Of a DNA stretch of 64,000 nucleotides, positions 13,130-26,379 are shown one piece after another. Source of the stretch: Raillietiella orientalis. Taxonomy: Eukaryota. The position numbers and the translations under genes were made by a program. The notes under the pieces were generated by a model. That model saw only the letters and a program-made list of their open reading frames with translations. It was not told where the DNA came from and did not search any database. Numbering within the stretch: the stretch's first letter is position 1; each line of letters begins with the position of its first letter. The stretch spans positions 2,914,001-2,978,000 of the forward strand of contig JAYWIR010000012.1 in the NCBI GenBank assembly GCA_036172245.1. The letters run 5' to 3'.

Positions 13130-15477
13130 AGAGACGGCGACACAGGTAATTCCCGTCGCCGTTGGTGGAGCTTCCAGTGGGCAGCGTGTCTTTAGGGACG
13201 CCTCGGACGCAATTCGACGTCGCGTTTGCTGCTACAGGCGAGAGACTCTCTCGCGAGAAGAACCGGAGCAGCGCTTCAGCGGGCGTACTCTCCTCCGGAT
13301 GCTGTAATGCTGAGACCAGCCAGCCTCCCTTTCTACAATAGATCGTGGACGCACGCAGCTCATCAGCAGGTGGGAGGGAAATTTCATCTCCAAGCACATG
13401 CCACACTCTCCTCCATGTAACGCGGAGCAGACCCTAGTGCAAGTGGTCGCGTTTCCATAGGAGGAAGAGCACGGAAGTGTCGAGGCACAGGGAAGGGACG
13501 AACAGTTCTCCCGGAAGCGCACTAACTCGAAATTCTGCTCATCTGACGAGTCCCTTTGCGTGAGTTCATAGCGCAGCCGTGTTGGCCGACACGCGAGGTG
13601 CATCCTCCTGGGAGTTTCTTCACTCCTGCTGTTCTGCAGGACAGCTTCCACCTTGGCGGCTGGCAACTGCCGCTCCTTTCCCACGGGGAAGGCAGCACCG
13701 CATCCAAAGGTGTGCTTAATTCACTTGCTCGGCTTCTCAACGATCCTCTGCAGGGACCTAACAAATAGTTGGACCTGGACGAGACCCTCAGGGCTGGTGT
13801 TGGTCAAGAGCGCCCGGATATCCACGAGTTCCTGCCGCCAAACTCGAAAGTTCAAAGGGCGATAGGAGATTCACTCGTTGGTCTCCAGCACGAAATCAGA
13901 TGCATAAGGGTAAAACTCCAAGAGCCTCATGCATCCTCCAGAAGACAGAAATGGTGCCGAAAGTGTTCCTAGACAGCAAATCCTGCCTGCAGAAACGCGC
14001 GACTCCATTCGGAGTCGCACGTTCCAGCGTCTTCGATATCTTCGATAATCTCCCTTTTTGCTTTGCTCCATTCGTACGAGGCGAGGCGTAGGACGTAGAC
14101 CTCCTGCATAAAATGCTGTGGGGCTCTTCACGGCCGAAGGCGCACCTCAAAGACCCAGTCGCACCACGAGGACGTGCAGAACACGGCGGCATCCTGACGT
14201 CAAGCAAGATGGCGCCGCAGCATCAGATCAGGATAAGGTCCTAGATGGTCGAAAAGCGGATGCGGAGCTGGTGCCAGTCCGCGCGCGCAATCCCGAGACA
14301 CGTGGTCGAGGGTTGCCGGGGAACGGCTCCCGTTGCTAACTCGCAACCGAGATCACGTGAAGGCGCTCGAGTACCCAGAGAGGCAGATCTCTGTCCAGTG
14401 GGAACGGCGTCTCCTGCATCCCCGCAAACTACAACGCTCGGCACCTGGATTTCCATGCCGGGACCGGCGCCACCGCATGATACGCCCCATCCGCATAACG
14501 GGAGCGGTCTCCCCGGAGGAGGTGGAAAGGGACCAACCGAGCCACCGCCACCCCACTAGCTGCAGCACCGCCCTCCCACGGGAGAGAAGCGGCGTTTGCC
14601 AGCTGACTGGGTGTGAGTGACCTCGCAGCAGAGTCGGCGGGCTTGGTGGGCTGGTGGTGCCGGCTAACGCGGCCACACCCAGCGCACGCGCTAAACACAG
14701 AGCAGCTGCTGCGCTAGGCAGAACAGCCGGACGTTTCGCTCTCGCAGACTGCGACCCCTTCCATCTGTTTGGAGTGCATCTCTGGCCACCCCTCAGGTGG
14801 CAGCTGCTCGAGGAGGCTCTGCCGTTGTCTGAGCTGCGGTTCCCAGTGCAACCAGCGGGATCACCGCCCGGAAAGACGCCGCCCTTCTTCCGGCGATGGC
14901 GCCACTGCACCACCTGCAGGAATGGGGACGCACCCTCTGCCGGACCGCAGTGACCTTCGGGGCGTGCGGGAACGCCCCGCGGCCTTCCCGCTTACACCCG
15001 AAGGCACCCCAGAGTAGCCGCTGAGGCGCCGCCTCGCACGGGACTGGCTTTCGTCTGCTCCCCTCGATTGTTCCATTCCGTGTCGCTCCAGGAGGATCGT
15101 GTCGTCCCGAGACATGCGCGGGAGGCTCTCCAGCAAGGAAAAAAAGAAAGGTCACGATCCCCAACGCCGCAGGGATGGAGCACGTGGCAAGGTGGTCCCT
15201 GAAGGGCATCAGGATGAAGGAAGCCTCCTCATGCCGCCTGCATCGCACGCAGGTTGCAGAAGACGCGCATGGTGCGACCGGTGACTCCCGTCCCATCCTC
15301 CTTTTTATCTATTGATTTCCTGTCTCCTACCCTACACCCTCCCTGTCCTCCTGCGCAGCCGAACTGCGCGTCGGTAGTTCTCTTTCCTTTTTCCCCCTCC
15401 TCCTGGAAAGTTTGGAACACTCTAATGGATCCGCATGGCCTGATCATCTGCTTGTTTTTTTTTTGTGTGTTTTTTTG
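13130..15477 (+). mobile_element. Degenerate L1/Tx1 ORF2 (RT through 3' UTR)
   Basis: Degenerate RT motifs in order: RPASL (RPISL), AEQT (EQT..V.GR), HLTSPFA*VHS (LD..KAFDRV.H), SKGVLNSLARLL.DPL (QGCPLSP.LF...EPL), followed by GGLGL-like and CCHC remnants. Confidence 0.6.
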
Positions 15478-16257
15478 AGGAAAAGGAAGGCCGCATCGTA
15501 ACTCGATGGAAACGGCGTCAGCGGGAGTTGCGAGGAGAGTTCCAATGCAGAAGGAAAAACCCGCAATGGCGGCCACCTGAAAAGGAGCTTCGTGCTTTTC
15601 AAGCACATCGGAGGGACCCCTACACCTGCTAATGGGATGGTAAGAAGGCCTACAAATCCTAAGGAGTGAGGTTGTGGGGTCACTCGTCTGTGCGCTGACG
15701 TGCGTAAACGTCAGGACCGGCTGCCCAGGAGTTTCATGCTTCCTGAAGTCTCGCAGGTGGGCTGCAGCCTCACTGTCTCACGGATCACTTCCACAACATG
15801 GCAGGGTGTTCTGTTGCTTGCGCATGCGCCATTTGCTCGAGGCGCGCGAGCTGCGGGATACTTCGTGCTACGGCATCCGTTTCTTCAGCGGACGGAGCTT
15901 CCTTTTGGTGTCGTCCACGTTTTGCTGCCTCGACCCATGTCGGGAAAAGGGGTGCGCGCAAGTGAAGGGAGGGATGTGTGCCGTCTTCTGAGAGTATCCT
16001 CGTGAACTCACGCTCAGCACGAGATCACCCATCCAACTTTTCCATCCTGCATCGAGGGAATGGTGGCACGCCGTTTTCTTCTTGTTGACATCTCCGTGTC
16101 TTTTTGCATCACTTGGTTAGTCGTCCGATCTGGAGATTGCACGATGAAGATTTCCACCTTCCTTGAATTCTTGTAGTGCGGTTGCTGGGCAATGGAGGGG
16201 GCGAGAGACGTCATCGGTACGATCTGTTTCCCTTCTTGCTGGAGCATCAGATCTAGA
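14074..16257 (+). repeat. Segmental direct duplication, copy B
   Basis: Near-identical to 309-2492. Confidence 0.97.
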
Positions 16258-16499
16258 TGAGAAAGAGGTTGACTGGAAGACATCAACTCTTCGTGTTCCA
16301 GGGTCTGGGCTACTAGTTCGCGATGTCTGGCAGCGGTTATGGTTGTACTGTTGATGCATCAATTGGGAATGTGCTAAGGCTTTTAATTAAAACATGCTAT
16401 GGATGGGATCTCTGGCAGCCAGGCTGCAATGTTTTATGTTCAGACCTTTGGTTTCTTTGTTACCCCTCTTGGGTTAGCAGATTGTAAACAAGAGAATGC

Positions 16500-17240
16500 G
16501 ACTGAAAATTTTTTTATAGAATTCGGACCCTTCTAACAGAGAAAATCGGATTACATCGCGTTGCTCACAAATAGCTCTGTAATTTAATAAGCATCTGAGG
16601 CTGATCACAAATTCCCTCAAGGGCTCTCAAGGGACAATGGCTTCGATCTCGGGTGAACATCCACTTGGCAACCTCGTCATGCTCTGCCATTTATTCGAAG
16701 CTTTTTCCATGGGACGCGACGTGCGATAGTCGGAAGTCTCTCGAGTGGTGGCTCTTCTTTTTGGTGATGCTACGAATATCATGCGCAAATCTGCTAAGGT
16801 TTCTGCGCATCCTCGTCCGGGGAATGCCTTGCCTTGCTCGACCCATGTGGGACATCTGTGAGTGTCGCGTGTGGTAGAGCAAGCAGCTATATAAGGCGGC
16901 CTGTATATGGGTCCCACCTTTGGCAAAAGGCAGGAGCTCGACTGTACTTGCTTCCCCGAAACAGGGCTCATTGACTTGATCGATGACATCCGCTGTTTCG
17001 GAGGCTGAACGCTCTTCGCCAGCCACACTCCCTTCTGTCACTTCTAAATGCTGCCTTGCAGTTTCGCTCAACTCCCGCAACTTCCTTCACTCCGTGTAGA
17101 TGTCTTTCCACGAATCCAAGAGCATTCGGACCCTTCAAACAGCAAAAATTAGATTACAGCTCGTTGCTCACAAATAGCTCTGTAATTTGATAAGCATCTG
17201 AGGCTAATCACAGATTGTGACGCAAGACAAGCTGAAGGCC
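16500..17240 (-). mobile_element. mariner transposase N-terminal pseudogene; start segment present twice
   Basis: EQRAVI*FL resembles EQRAVIKFL; EGSVAGEERS...DVIDQVNE resembles G..SV.DEERSGRP. Direct repeat at ~16520-16612 and ~17125-17216. Confidence 0.6.
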
Positions 17241-18989
17241 TAGGATACACCGAGATGTTGGTCCAAAGAGCTTTCTCCCTATAGAGAATGCGCAACCCTT
17301 CGACAATACTTATCTGCTGGGGATTCATTCTGGCTTGCATGAATTTCTTGTCTTCAAGGCAGGTGGTTTCGATGAGTCATCCAACCTGACTTGTTATTTT
17401 TGGAGGACGATCCTTGTAAAGTCTCATCCTAAACTTTCAATAAATAAAATTGAGGATGCAATGATGCTTGGAAAAAATAAAAACTCTTATGATGAAGGCC
17501 ATCTTTTCAACATCAAATCTGTTCTCATCGAAGATCGTTCCATCGTGTATCCCTGTATGGAATTCCCATCTCTTCTGCTAAAACTGACTCAGTTAAAAGA
17601 GCATCCAAGACGGTGCATCAAGGGCGCTGAATGCTCGTTGTCGGTACGTCCTATCGCAGCTGCAACGATTGCCTTCCCGTTTTGGCTCCATCCCAGCGAT
17701 CGGAGGCATAGAGGATGCGTCCTTCGGTACGCCACCCGTTGAGAACTCGTCCAGGCACCTTAAGGAACGATCGCAAGGATGAGAAGAATTTTTCGGCTTT
17801 GGATGGGCTGCCTGGGAAGGATTTAGCGTCCGAGATTCCTTGAGACATACCCCTTCCTCAAGAGCATTCGCTTTTTGTCTGTTTCGCAGGACAGCAGAGG
17901 GGAGAAAGGAGGAAGAAGAAGGCAGAAAGGGGGGGAGGTTCTGAAGGCAAGAATTCATCACTTGAGACAGAGATGCTGTCGCGATGAGGTCCATCACTCT
18001 GATGGAAGAAAATGAGTCAACCATGAAGCGGGGTCCCATAGGAATCCACGGAAGAGGGAGGCTGACAAACTGGAGCTGCTTCCAGCTTCCAGCTTTCCAG
18101 TGTTTGGAAGGCAACCCTTATTTCAGTAGGAACTGAATTGCTACTGAGACGGGAAGGGCGCCGTCCTCAGAATCCTCTGGAGTGCAATCAAAATCCAGGA
18201 AGGCAGCTTCTCTGAGAACGCATCTTTCAGATGCGAGCAGTCGTTCGTCTACCCTCAGCAAATGTATCGCACCATCGTCACTACAACCGAGATCAGGGAT
18301 CGGGGAAATTTGAGTAGTCTTCCAAGGAGGTGGTTCCAAGCAGGTTCAGAAAGATGAGGTCACGGAATCCTCTCGAGCTAATGGAGGCTCATTGGATCAG
18401 CGAGGTGTTTTGTCGTCGCCTGCAGGTGCTTCTAGCAGACTCGCTGGAGGAAGCTTTGGTCCCTGGTGGAACGGAATCCGTGCTTTCTCTGGCTTGGGCT
18501 CGGTAGCAGCTGGAGGACTGCCTCGTCTCTTGAATAGCTCACCTCTCTTTCTCTTCAGATGGTTTCTCAGACACTTCCATCCAGACAGCCCTTATTTTTC
18601 CATGCAGACTCCTTGGACTGGTGATCTCTCCAGACGGCTGATATCTGGAAAGGATCCCACGACTCGACTGCACTCGGTGCTCCAGGGATGGAGGATGTGT
18701 GCCTGCAGTAGAGAGCGCTGATGCCCACGAGAGCTCAGTAGCGAAGAAGAGAAAGCGCCGAGGGCCTATTCTCCACTGCGGGCTCCTTATAACATGAGAT
18801 TAGGCAAGCGACCAGACGACAGAAGAACTGAAGATCTCTAGGAGACAGGAAGGAGGCATCAGTTCAAGAAAGAAAGCTCTCGAATGGCGTGTCTTCTGAT
18901 AGATTCGTTGGACCACCTTCCTTGCTAATGGTGAGAGACGAAAGATCAAGAATTACGTGGGCGCCAACTCACACATGGTTGATGAGAAG

Positions 18990-19275
18990 ATGTCTCTATT
19001 TGTCGAGAACTACCTGAAGGCAGAGAGGACAGGTTGATTGCCAAGATGGCGGAAGCACGAATTAGGAAGCTGGAGAGCACCATGACTCCTATGCACTTCT
19101 TGGACTTCAGTAGTATGGCCTCAATGGACACATCCCTTCCTTCATGAGTCTTGCAGAGCACAACATCAGTTGCCAAGAGGTCCCATGCAAAGCACGACTT
19201 CATCCCTGGATGAGAAGGAATGTGGATCCAAACTATGCCAGGACAAGGAAAAATGCGATCTTTTCCGGAGTGTTG
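18990..19275 (+). repeat. Unclassified diverged repeat, paralogue at ~22130-22420
   Basis: Shared ACCTGAAGG.AGAGA...GATGGCGGAAGCA.GAAT..GGAAGCTGG..AGCACCATGACTCC.ATGCACTTC. Confidence 0.85.
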
Positions 19276-19419
19276 AGAATGACGCTGTTCCCTTCGGGGT
19301 TAGAACCCTTCTTATCACTCGGGAAAGGCAATTCCCAAGGAAACATCAACCAGCTCCATGATACGCATCAACCAACAGGCACATGGCCGCCAACGCGGAC
19401 CATGTGAATCTCGCACTTG

Positions 19420-19710
19420 TTTCTTGATTCTGTTGTCTTTCGACCCCTATGGGAACGTCCATCGATGGCCTTTTAGTTCTCGTTGGGCAGCCCCAAAAGC
19501 ACTGCAAAACGCCTCTTCGTGCGTGATGCGCTGCCGCTAGCCGCGCGAAGCCTAGCAGCTCTTTGATGCCCGCGGGGGCTAATGGCAGCCTGGAAGGCCA
19601 CAGAAAGAACACAAAATGGAAGAGGCGCCATCCACTGGGCAAAAATCCTCATAAGGATAGCCACGAGATGGCCCCACCTGTCAGACAAACGCCCTAAACT
19701 TGCCAGCATC
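19420..19710 (+). repeat. Unclassified diverged repeat, inverted paralogue at ~23475-23760
   Basis: AGGCGCCATCCACTGGGC core and flanks shared in reverse complement (GAIHWAK.L.RIA..WP). Confidence 0.8.
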
Positions 19711-21249
19711 CTTGGATGGGACGCTGAGGACGCCGAGCAGCGAACAGTGATCCCTTCTCTAATCTACCCTCGCTCTCTCCACTTCAAAAAACCTGCCCGT
19801 CCTTTTTTTGTTTATCTTTCGTTTTTGTCTCGATTTATCCCTTTCCCGTTGCTGCCGAAGCAGACCCCTCCGATCTGCGTACCGGCAACTGGGCAGGATC
19901 CATGATTTTTTTTGGTTTTTGTTTTTCAAGGACGTGATGGGACCAAGAGCTCTACTGCAAAAAATGCAATTTCACCGTCTTTATAATGAAGTTCGGCAAA
20001 TCTGGGTGAAAAAAGCCAGCCGCCAAATAGCAGTGGGGTTTTGCTTGGTCCATGGGCTTCTTCACAGGAAAGAACTCTCCTACAGATGCCCTTTTCAAGG
20101 CGTTTGATGCAGCCAGGGAAAAATTGGATTCGAGACAATTCTACTTCATGGGCGGTCAATGCAGCTGCCGCATTCTTGAACAGTGACCTTTGGAGTCGGA
20201 AGATGGATGTTGAGCGACAAGCGGACAAAAGTCTTTCCAAACCGTTCAAAAAGAGAATTTTTTCCCCCTTTTTACTGGACCATCTGATCCTCGAGCTAGC
20301 TTCCGTGATGTTCTGGAAGACATGCCTAGGATGAGCCAACAGGTAGAATCCGAGCTGAGTCGTCCACCCCTCATTCGATGAGATTTAATGGAATTTTAGC
20401 CGTGATGAAAAGTCTTATTGAATTTTAGACAATCGCAGCAACCAGGTATTTTGGTTGGGACCTCACTCGGGGATTGGATTCGCGGCGAAGCTTGCACCAT
20501 CTTCAATGAAATTTGCCTCTGGGTGCGGAACCCCTCAAGGACCTCGTGTGGATAGAAGGATGAGTGGGAGTCACTACGGAAGAAGGTCTTTGGATCGGAA
20601 TCCCGAGGAAGATCGCCAGGGAAGACAGCTCTTTCGATAGAATGCTCTTCTACACGCTTGCCGTCAGCAATGCCGGTCTCTCATGGTTCGAGGCCTCACC
20701 ATCTCGAGTCGGACTTTGGCAAGAATTCTGTTGTCCTCTTCGAAGCTGAGATTGGAATCGCCACAATCGCGCCCCATTCTCCGTCATCCTACATGGGATG
20801 CTGGGAACGTCTTCTGCTTTTCTCCCGTTCGTCCTAAAGCTTCTTCTAAAAACCACACACACACACGCACATCCAAAAATGAGGTATGTACCGTGGAGAG
20901 CAGAAGAGTGCGCGCTCCATCTCCCTCACATCTGAGCTTTCCTCATGTCGATTTCCCTTGTTCTGCATTTTCTGTACCTCTGCTTTTTTCTTTTTTCCTG
21001 GAGTGTGACGAAAGAGATGTTTACGGAAACTGCAAGGGAAGCCGGGGACGTGAAAAACAGAGTCCAGAAAAGCAGGGAACTTTCCCGGAGTTTTTTTATA
21101 AGAGGGATCCAATCCACATGAAATGGTGCGAAGGGCTGGTCCAGGGAACGAGGAAAAATTCATGACCAAATTTGCGCTCGGAAGAAAGTTGGCAAATTTC
21201 CACCATTGCTAGTCCCGTCCGGATCCTAGCAGCACGGCGTTCCTAAGTT

Positions 21250-22100
21250 CTCGTGTCTGACCGAATTACTCGCAAGCGAATTTCTCCCGGTTTCCGTCGG
21301 GAGTTCGTTCTTCCACCAGAAAAAACCTCAGGAGATTCAACACCGATTCAGAAGCGAAATTTTTGTGTGTGTTACTCGCATTCCTGCATCATCTTGATAA
21401 CGCAAGAGTCACGCGGTTCATCGATCATCCTCTTTCTCATCACTTCCCCATTCCTCCTCCGTCACAAGAAGAAGACATGGGGACGCCCATTTTCCCGAGC
21501 AACCTGCCAACTGGCGAAATCACACGTGCTCGCCATTTCCAGAACTTCCTTGACCTCCCAGGATTTAGACATTCCCTTTTTTCGCGCGCCTGTGGATCCC
21601 TTCAGCGGGTGCCGTTCATTGTGAGTCAAATGGGAGCACTTCGGTTTCTTTGCAGTAGCCAGGCAACATCGGAGACGCTGGGAGAGTAGGCATGCACGAG
21701 ACCGAAACGGAAAGGTCACGTTTTCCCGCTACGCCGACGCGCCGGTCGTAGGGCAGCATCGCACGAACGAGAGAATCCGGATGGCCGTGGCCAGGGCTTT
21801 CCGGGATGCCTCCCAGTCGGTTGTTCTTTCTCGGGAGGAGTTTTTCCATTGCCCCTCACTCCACAAGAGTGCAGTTTCGATTCGCGCGTTGCTCAGGAAG
21901 CGAGCGTCGGATGGCAACGCGTCTGCACGGTACTGCACGGGCTCAGCTTCCAAGCCAGTTGGATCGAGGTTTCGGTGGCATTTCCGGAATCACGAAGGTG
22001 AGAAGCTGTAAAGCGATTTCGTCATCAGCCCGTTACTTCTCACCGACCACAACAATCAAAGACGAAGCCACCGGATAGTTGCAATGGCGGGAGCCGGAAG
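21250..22100 (+). mobile_element. LINE endonuclease C-terminal remnant
   Basis: TRFIDHPL resembles SRIDH.L, followed by an SDH-like segment. Confidence 0.4.
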
Positions 22101-22419
22101 TCGAAGCATCCGATTTCCGGATCCATTCGTCGAGGACCACCTGAAGGGAGAGAAAGCAGATTGATTGCGGAGATGGCGGAAGCATGAATCGGGAAGCTGG
22201 CAGCACCATGACTCCCATGCACTTCTCCTTGAACTTCAGTTCGATTGCCTCAAAGGACACGTCCCTTTCCTCATGCATCTTGCAGACAGTACAGCATCAG
22301 TTGCAAGAATTCCCCTACATAGCACACCTTCATCCCTAAACGAAAGGGAATGTGGGCCTCAACTATTCCAGGTGCGGGACAAGAAAAAATGCGATCTTCG
22401 CCAGGATGCTGAGAAGGGC

Positions 22420-23050
22420 GTTGCCCGGAGGGAGGATCATCATCCTGTCGAAATTCCAATCCAAATGAAGAGACCCGTGATGGGAATTCCCTTACCCCCA
22501 CTTGTCTCCACTTTGTGCTTTCTCGGCTGTATATGCACAGTTCTCCGCTTCCTTTCCGTGGTGGCTTCTTGCAGCGGGGAAACCCCGGAAAATCGTCAGA
22601 GACTTTGCTGTGGCGCTATCCTAAACGCACACACCGAATTAAGTCCTAACTTCTCGCTGAGAGAACAGAATGGATCATGGGTTTCCCTGCATCGACCATT
22701 CTTCTTCGGAACGAAGAGGCCCGTTTTCTGATCGTCTCTCGATGCGAAGAGCTCTCCCGGCTCGGCGAAGCACTCACCTGCGGATTTTGTGAAATTTGCC
22801 GCTACCACTGTGGGTCCACTTCGGCCCCGCTTGGCTCGGATGAAATCTGAGCTTCACGAACTCATAGGCTAATAGGTTAACAGGACGGCGACGCCTTTTG
22901 TCGAGGTGAGGCATCCTTCGTAATGGGTCGAGGGCCGTTTTCATGGTCTTCCTACACCCTTGAGGAAGGCAGTTCAAGTTTTCGAATGAAGATGAGCGAC
23001 TGACACCTGAAATCTCCATCTTGGGGCACCTCTGTGCCTTTACTATCCCA
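22420..23050 (-). mobile_element. Tc1-like transposase remnant
   Basis: EFRQDDDPP resembles FQQDNDPKH; the remainder is very degenerate. Confidence 0.35.
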
Positions 23051-23230
23051 CTTCGCAGATGGCATCTTGGAAGCCCCGACGCGTATCGAGCAAGGAATCC
23101 AGCGAAATCAACATAGCAACCTGCATCTACATTCACAATGACATCGATACCCCTGACCTCTTCGATATAGGCATCCGCATCTGCGCGTATGTGTGGATAC
23201 ATAGATATGGGTCGAGTTATAGATACTAGC

Positions 23231-23470
23231 TACGAGGCGCATCTCAAAAGTAAGGCCTATCGGATATAAAGAACGGATGAAACAGATATATCCGTGGTTC
23301 CAAACACAAGCATCTCCACGTCATTTTTCTACATAGTTGCCATTTTTTTTCCAAACACTTTGGATACCGCGGAATGAGGTCTTTTAAAGCCTTTGCATCA
23401 AATTCCGCCGTCTGGGAGTTCAGCCAGTTCTGCAGCATTGCAGTTTTCAGCTCCTCCCTTTTTCCGGTAT
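23231..23470 (-). mobile_element. mariner 3' end with terminal inverted repeat and TA target
   Basis: TA-CGAGGCGCATCTCAAAAGTAAGG terminus. EELKTAMLQNWLNSQTAEFDAKALKDLIPRYPKCLEK(fs)NGNYVEK* is a typical mariner C-terminus. Confidence 0.85.
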
Positions 23471-24239
23471 CCAAAGTGTTTGGTAGACTGTTCGGTTGGG
23501 GTCATTTCTTGGCGATCCTCGTGAGGAGTTTCGCCCAGTGGATGGCGCCTTTTTCATCCTGGCTTCTTCCTACCACGTTCCAGACCTCCGCCACTGTCCC
23601 GCGAAAGCAGCCAGCAGCTGCTGGGATGCATCTGAAGGCAATTTAGCACGCGTGAAGAGACGTTTCTTGGAGTCCCTGGGGATGCCGGCCGGAATCTGTA
23701 GGGCCGTCGATAAACGTTCCTACAAAAGGGCCAAAGGGCAACACAGTCTTCACGTGCAGGTGAGGGATGCTTTCCCTTTCCCCGCCACCTGGATCTTCGT
23801 GCGGTAGATGGGCGCACTCTCGCTGCCCTTGCCAGAAGAGACGGGCACCTTTTGACAGGTTGCACGACCCTGGTGACCCAGACAAGGGCAGCTTAAGAGC
23901 GCTCCCTGGAAGGGAAGGCCGGCTATAGCTGCTGCTGACGAATCCTTCAATACTATGAGGGGACCGCAGGAAAGGTCGGGATAGCTTTAGGCTATGTATC
24001 CAAGCTTGCCACGCTGCCCATGCTGTGCCGTCGGAAGGTCCCTCCCTCCAGGGCACTTTCACTTGCACCCTCTGCTAACCTGATTCCAGAGCCGCTACCT
24101 GTGGAACACGCCTTTGTTCCGAACTTGGTCCGGTTTCCCCGTTACGCCGATGATGCGTCTAGTAGGTGTTCTGGTAAATGACCCATTCCCCGAGTAAAAC
24201 TCTAGATACGTAAGGAACGAGTTCCTGAAGCGCAGAGTC

Positions 24240-24620
24240 ATGAACCCTTAGGCATTCCTGTCGCTCTCGAGTCGAAAGGACAAGCCGAGCTCTTTCCGCC
24301 TTGCGAAAAATTTGATTGCTTCTTCCCCGGAGTCACGTTCAGTAGCAACAGGAAGAAGCGGACTTCCAGGATTCCCGCAAAAGAAAGGGGAAAGTGAAAA
24401 GATGGCGGGCTGGAAAATCCTTCAGAGAGTTGACATCCTCGAAACTTGAACTGCTCGCTCCACGGAACGGATGGAACGGAAAGGATGGAGCACACTCTCA
24501 ATATGAGGGCATTTTCAGCAGTCCCCAAACGCATACGTTTAAGGAATCCCGCGGAACATCCCTTTTTCATTTGGTTCCCTAAGAACTGTTTTTTCCACGA
24601 GCTCACGAAGCTCTTTAACA
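24240..24620 (-). mobile_element. Possible hAT dimerisation-domain remnant
   Basis: ILSVPSVPWSEQF resembles LSIP.SS..SER.FS. Confidence 0.3.
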
Positions 24621-24639
24621 CCGTCCGCGCAATACGAGG

Positions 24640-24950
24640 GTGCGTGTTGGCTCTTCAAGCTAGGGGGTACCCCGGGAAGAGGCCACCCTATGAATCCAAG
24701 AAGAATCTGGAGGAAGGCGTCCGTTTCCCTTACGCTTGGGAGGGAACCCCGAAGGGAACCACCTCTTCCCTATTTCTCCGGATGGATTCCAGAGAAGAGG
24801 GGCCGCTTGTTGTTACTTTTCCGAAGGAAACCCACAAGGGAACTGTTCCTTCTTTGTTTACTCCTCTAAAGAGAATCCCTAAGGGACGCTTTCCAATTTC
24901 TCTGAAGGGTCCTCCCCGAAGGGAGCAGCGCGCTTCTTTCACTCTGAAGA
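24640..24950 (+). repeat. Dispersed repeat 'R', long copy
   Basis: GTGCGTGTT..CTCTTCAAGCTA..GGGGG...CCACCCTATGAATCCA is shared with 57811-58150. Confidence 0.85.
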
Positions 24951-24961
24951 AACAGCTTTGC

Positions 24962-25255
24962 AGCTCCATGGCATGCGATGGAAGATCATTCCCGGAGGGA
25001 AGGACAGCTCCCTTTTCACAAGCGGAGGGCCAACTTCCAATCCCGGCCGGTCAACGGGGGCGTGAGGGGGGTTTCCGGATTCCACCAATGCCACACTCGA
25101 AGTCCGCAGACCGACCAGAGTCATCCTAAGGAGTGGGAGACCGGAAATTCTCGACGTACTCTCCATTTCTGGGCGTCATTCCTTCCCCAGGCGGGATTCG
25201 AACCCGCAACGTTTGGTTTCCCGCGCGGAGACCGCAGTTACACTGCCGCCAACGC
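24962..25255 (-). mobile_element. tRNA-derived SINE, copy 2
   Basis: On the minus strand: A-box-like TGGCGGCAGTG, B box GGTTCGAATCCC, shared core, and CCATGGAGCT tail. Confidence 0.8.
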
Positions 25256-26379
25256 TGGAAAACATTCCTTCTGAAGATGCGCAGTTCGCTTCAGAAATCA
25301 ATCTGAGTGGAGTGCCATTTCATTCTTAGTGAAGAAAGAAAGAGGCGCAGTTTTTCTTTCGTACTAAAGGAAAGGGCTGGGCCCAAATGAGGCGAGGGAT
25401 TTGTGTTGTCTTCGCTGGCCGCGAGCGGGGAAAGAAGCTTGAACGGTGGAAGAGAAACCTGATCCCTACATGATGGGCTCCCAATATGGCTACCGCTTTT
25501 TATTTCTAATGCATGTGGCTATTTGGTAAATGGAATACTGGAACAAAGGGTTAATGAATGACTTCCGGAACCATGACAGCGAGCAGTCCCCGTTCCAGAA
25601 GTTCATTCAGGAGAAATCGAAGCAGACGATGATGCGCACTCTGGAAGGGCTGCACTTCGTCTTTCTGGTATGAATTATTCACGAGTGATAATCATCAGAC
25701 AAGTTTGACAGGGGGACAGAGACATGAACGGACACAGAGCAAGCTTTCGCTCGAACATCCGAAACAACAACAGCAGCGAAGAAAATAATCGACGATGCTC
25801 TGATGACATCGGCGGCTGGAAGTCATTAAACTTCCGATGGGAAAACAAAAAAAAAACAAAAAAGGAAGAAGAAACTCATTGAGCGGAAAGATGAAGTGCT
25901 TGAGATATACGCATCGATGTCTTCCATGCATAATTGAGTGTTTTTGCTCAGTTTCATTCTGCGTCGGAGGAAGATAACTCTGGACATTTTGTTGTTGCTG
26001 TTGTTCCTCAAACGCAACTGTGAAAGCTGTGCGGCCGCAGTGATGGAAACCACAGGATGCTGAGGGAGTTTGAGGGATCTCCGAATCCTATGAGGCACCC
26101 TTCGTACTGTGCGGCTTTTGATCGAAGGTTTTTCACTGGTTTGTCCTTGTGCAACTCATCGGTTCCGGAGTGAAGCCACGCGGAGGATGCGACTCTGGAT
26201 CTCTCTCTTACGCTCATGCCAGCAAAGCGCCTGCTATCCAGGATTCCGACGAAGATTAAGAACTAGGTGGAATTTGGTAGCGCATTGCGGAAGAGTTGAA
26301 AGACTTACAGCTCGATTGTAATTCCGGGGATACAGGAGCCTTCAAGCATGCCTCTTGCATCATGCAGTAACCGATCAGC

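Noticed and set aside
25185..25255. Genuine nuclear tRNA gene (also 5355-5430)
   Set aside because: Only the T arm/B box is good, and it continues into a shared repeat body, so it is a SINE head.
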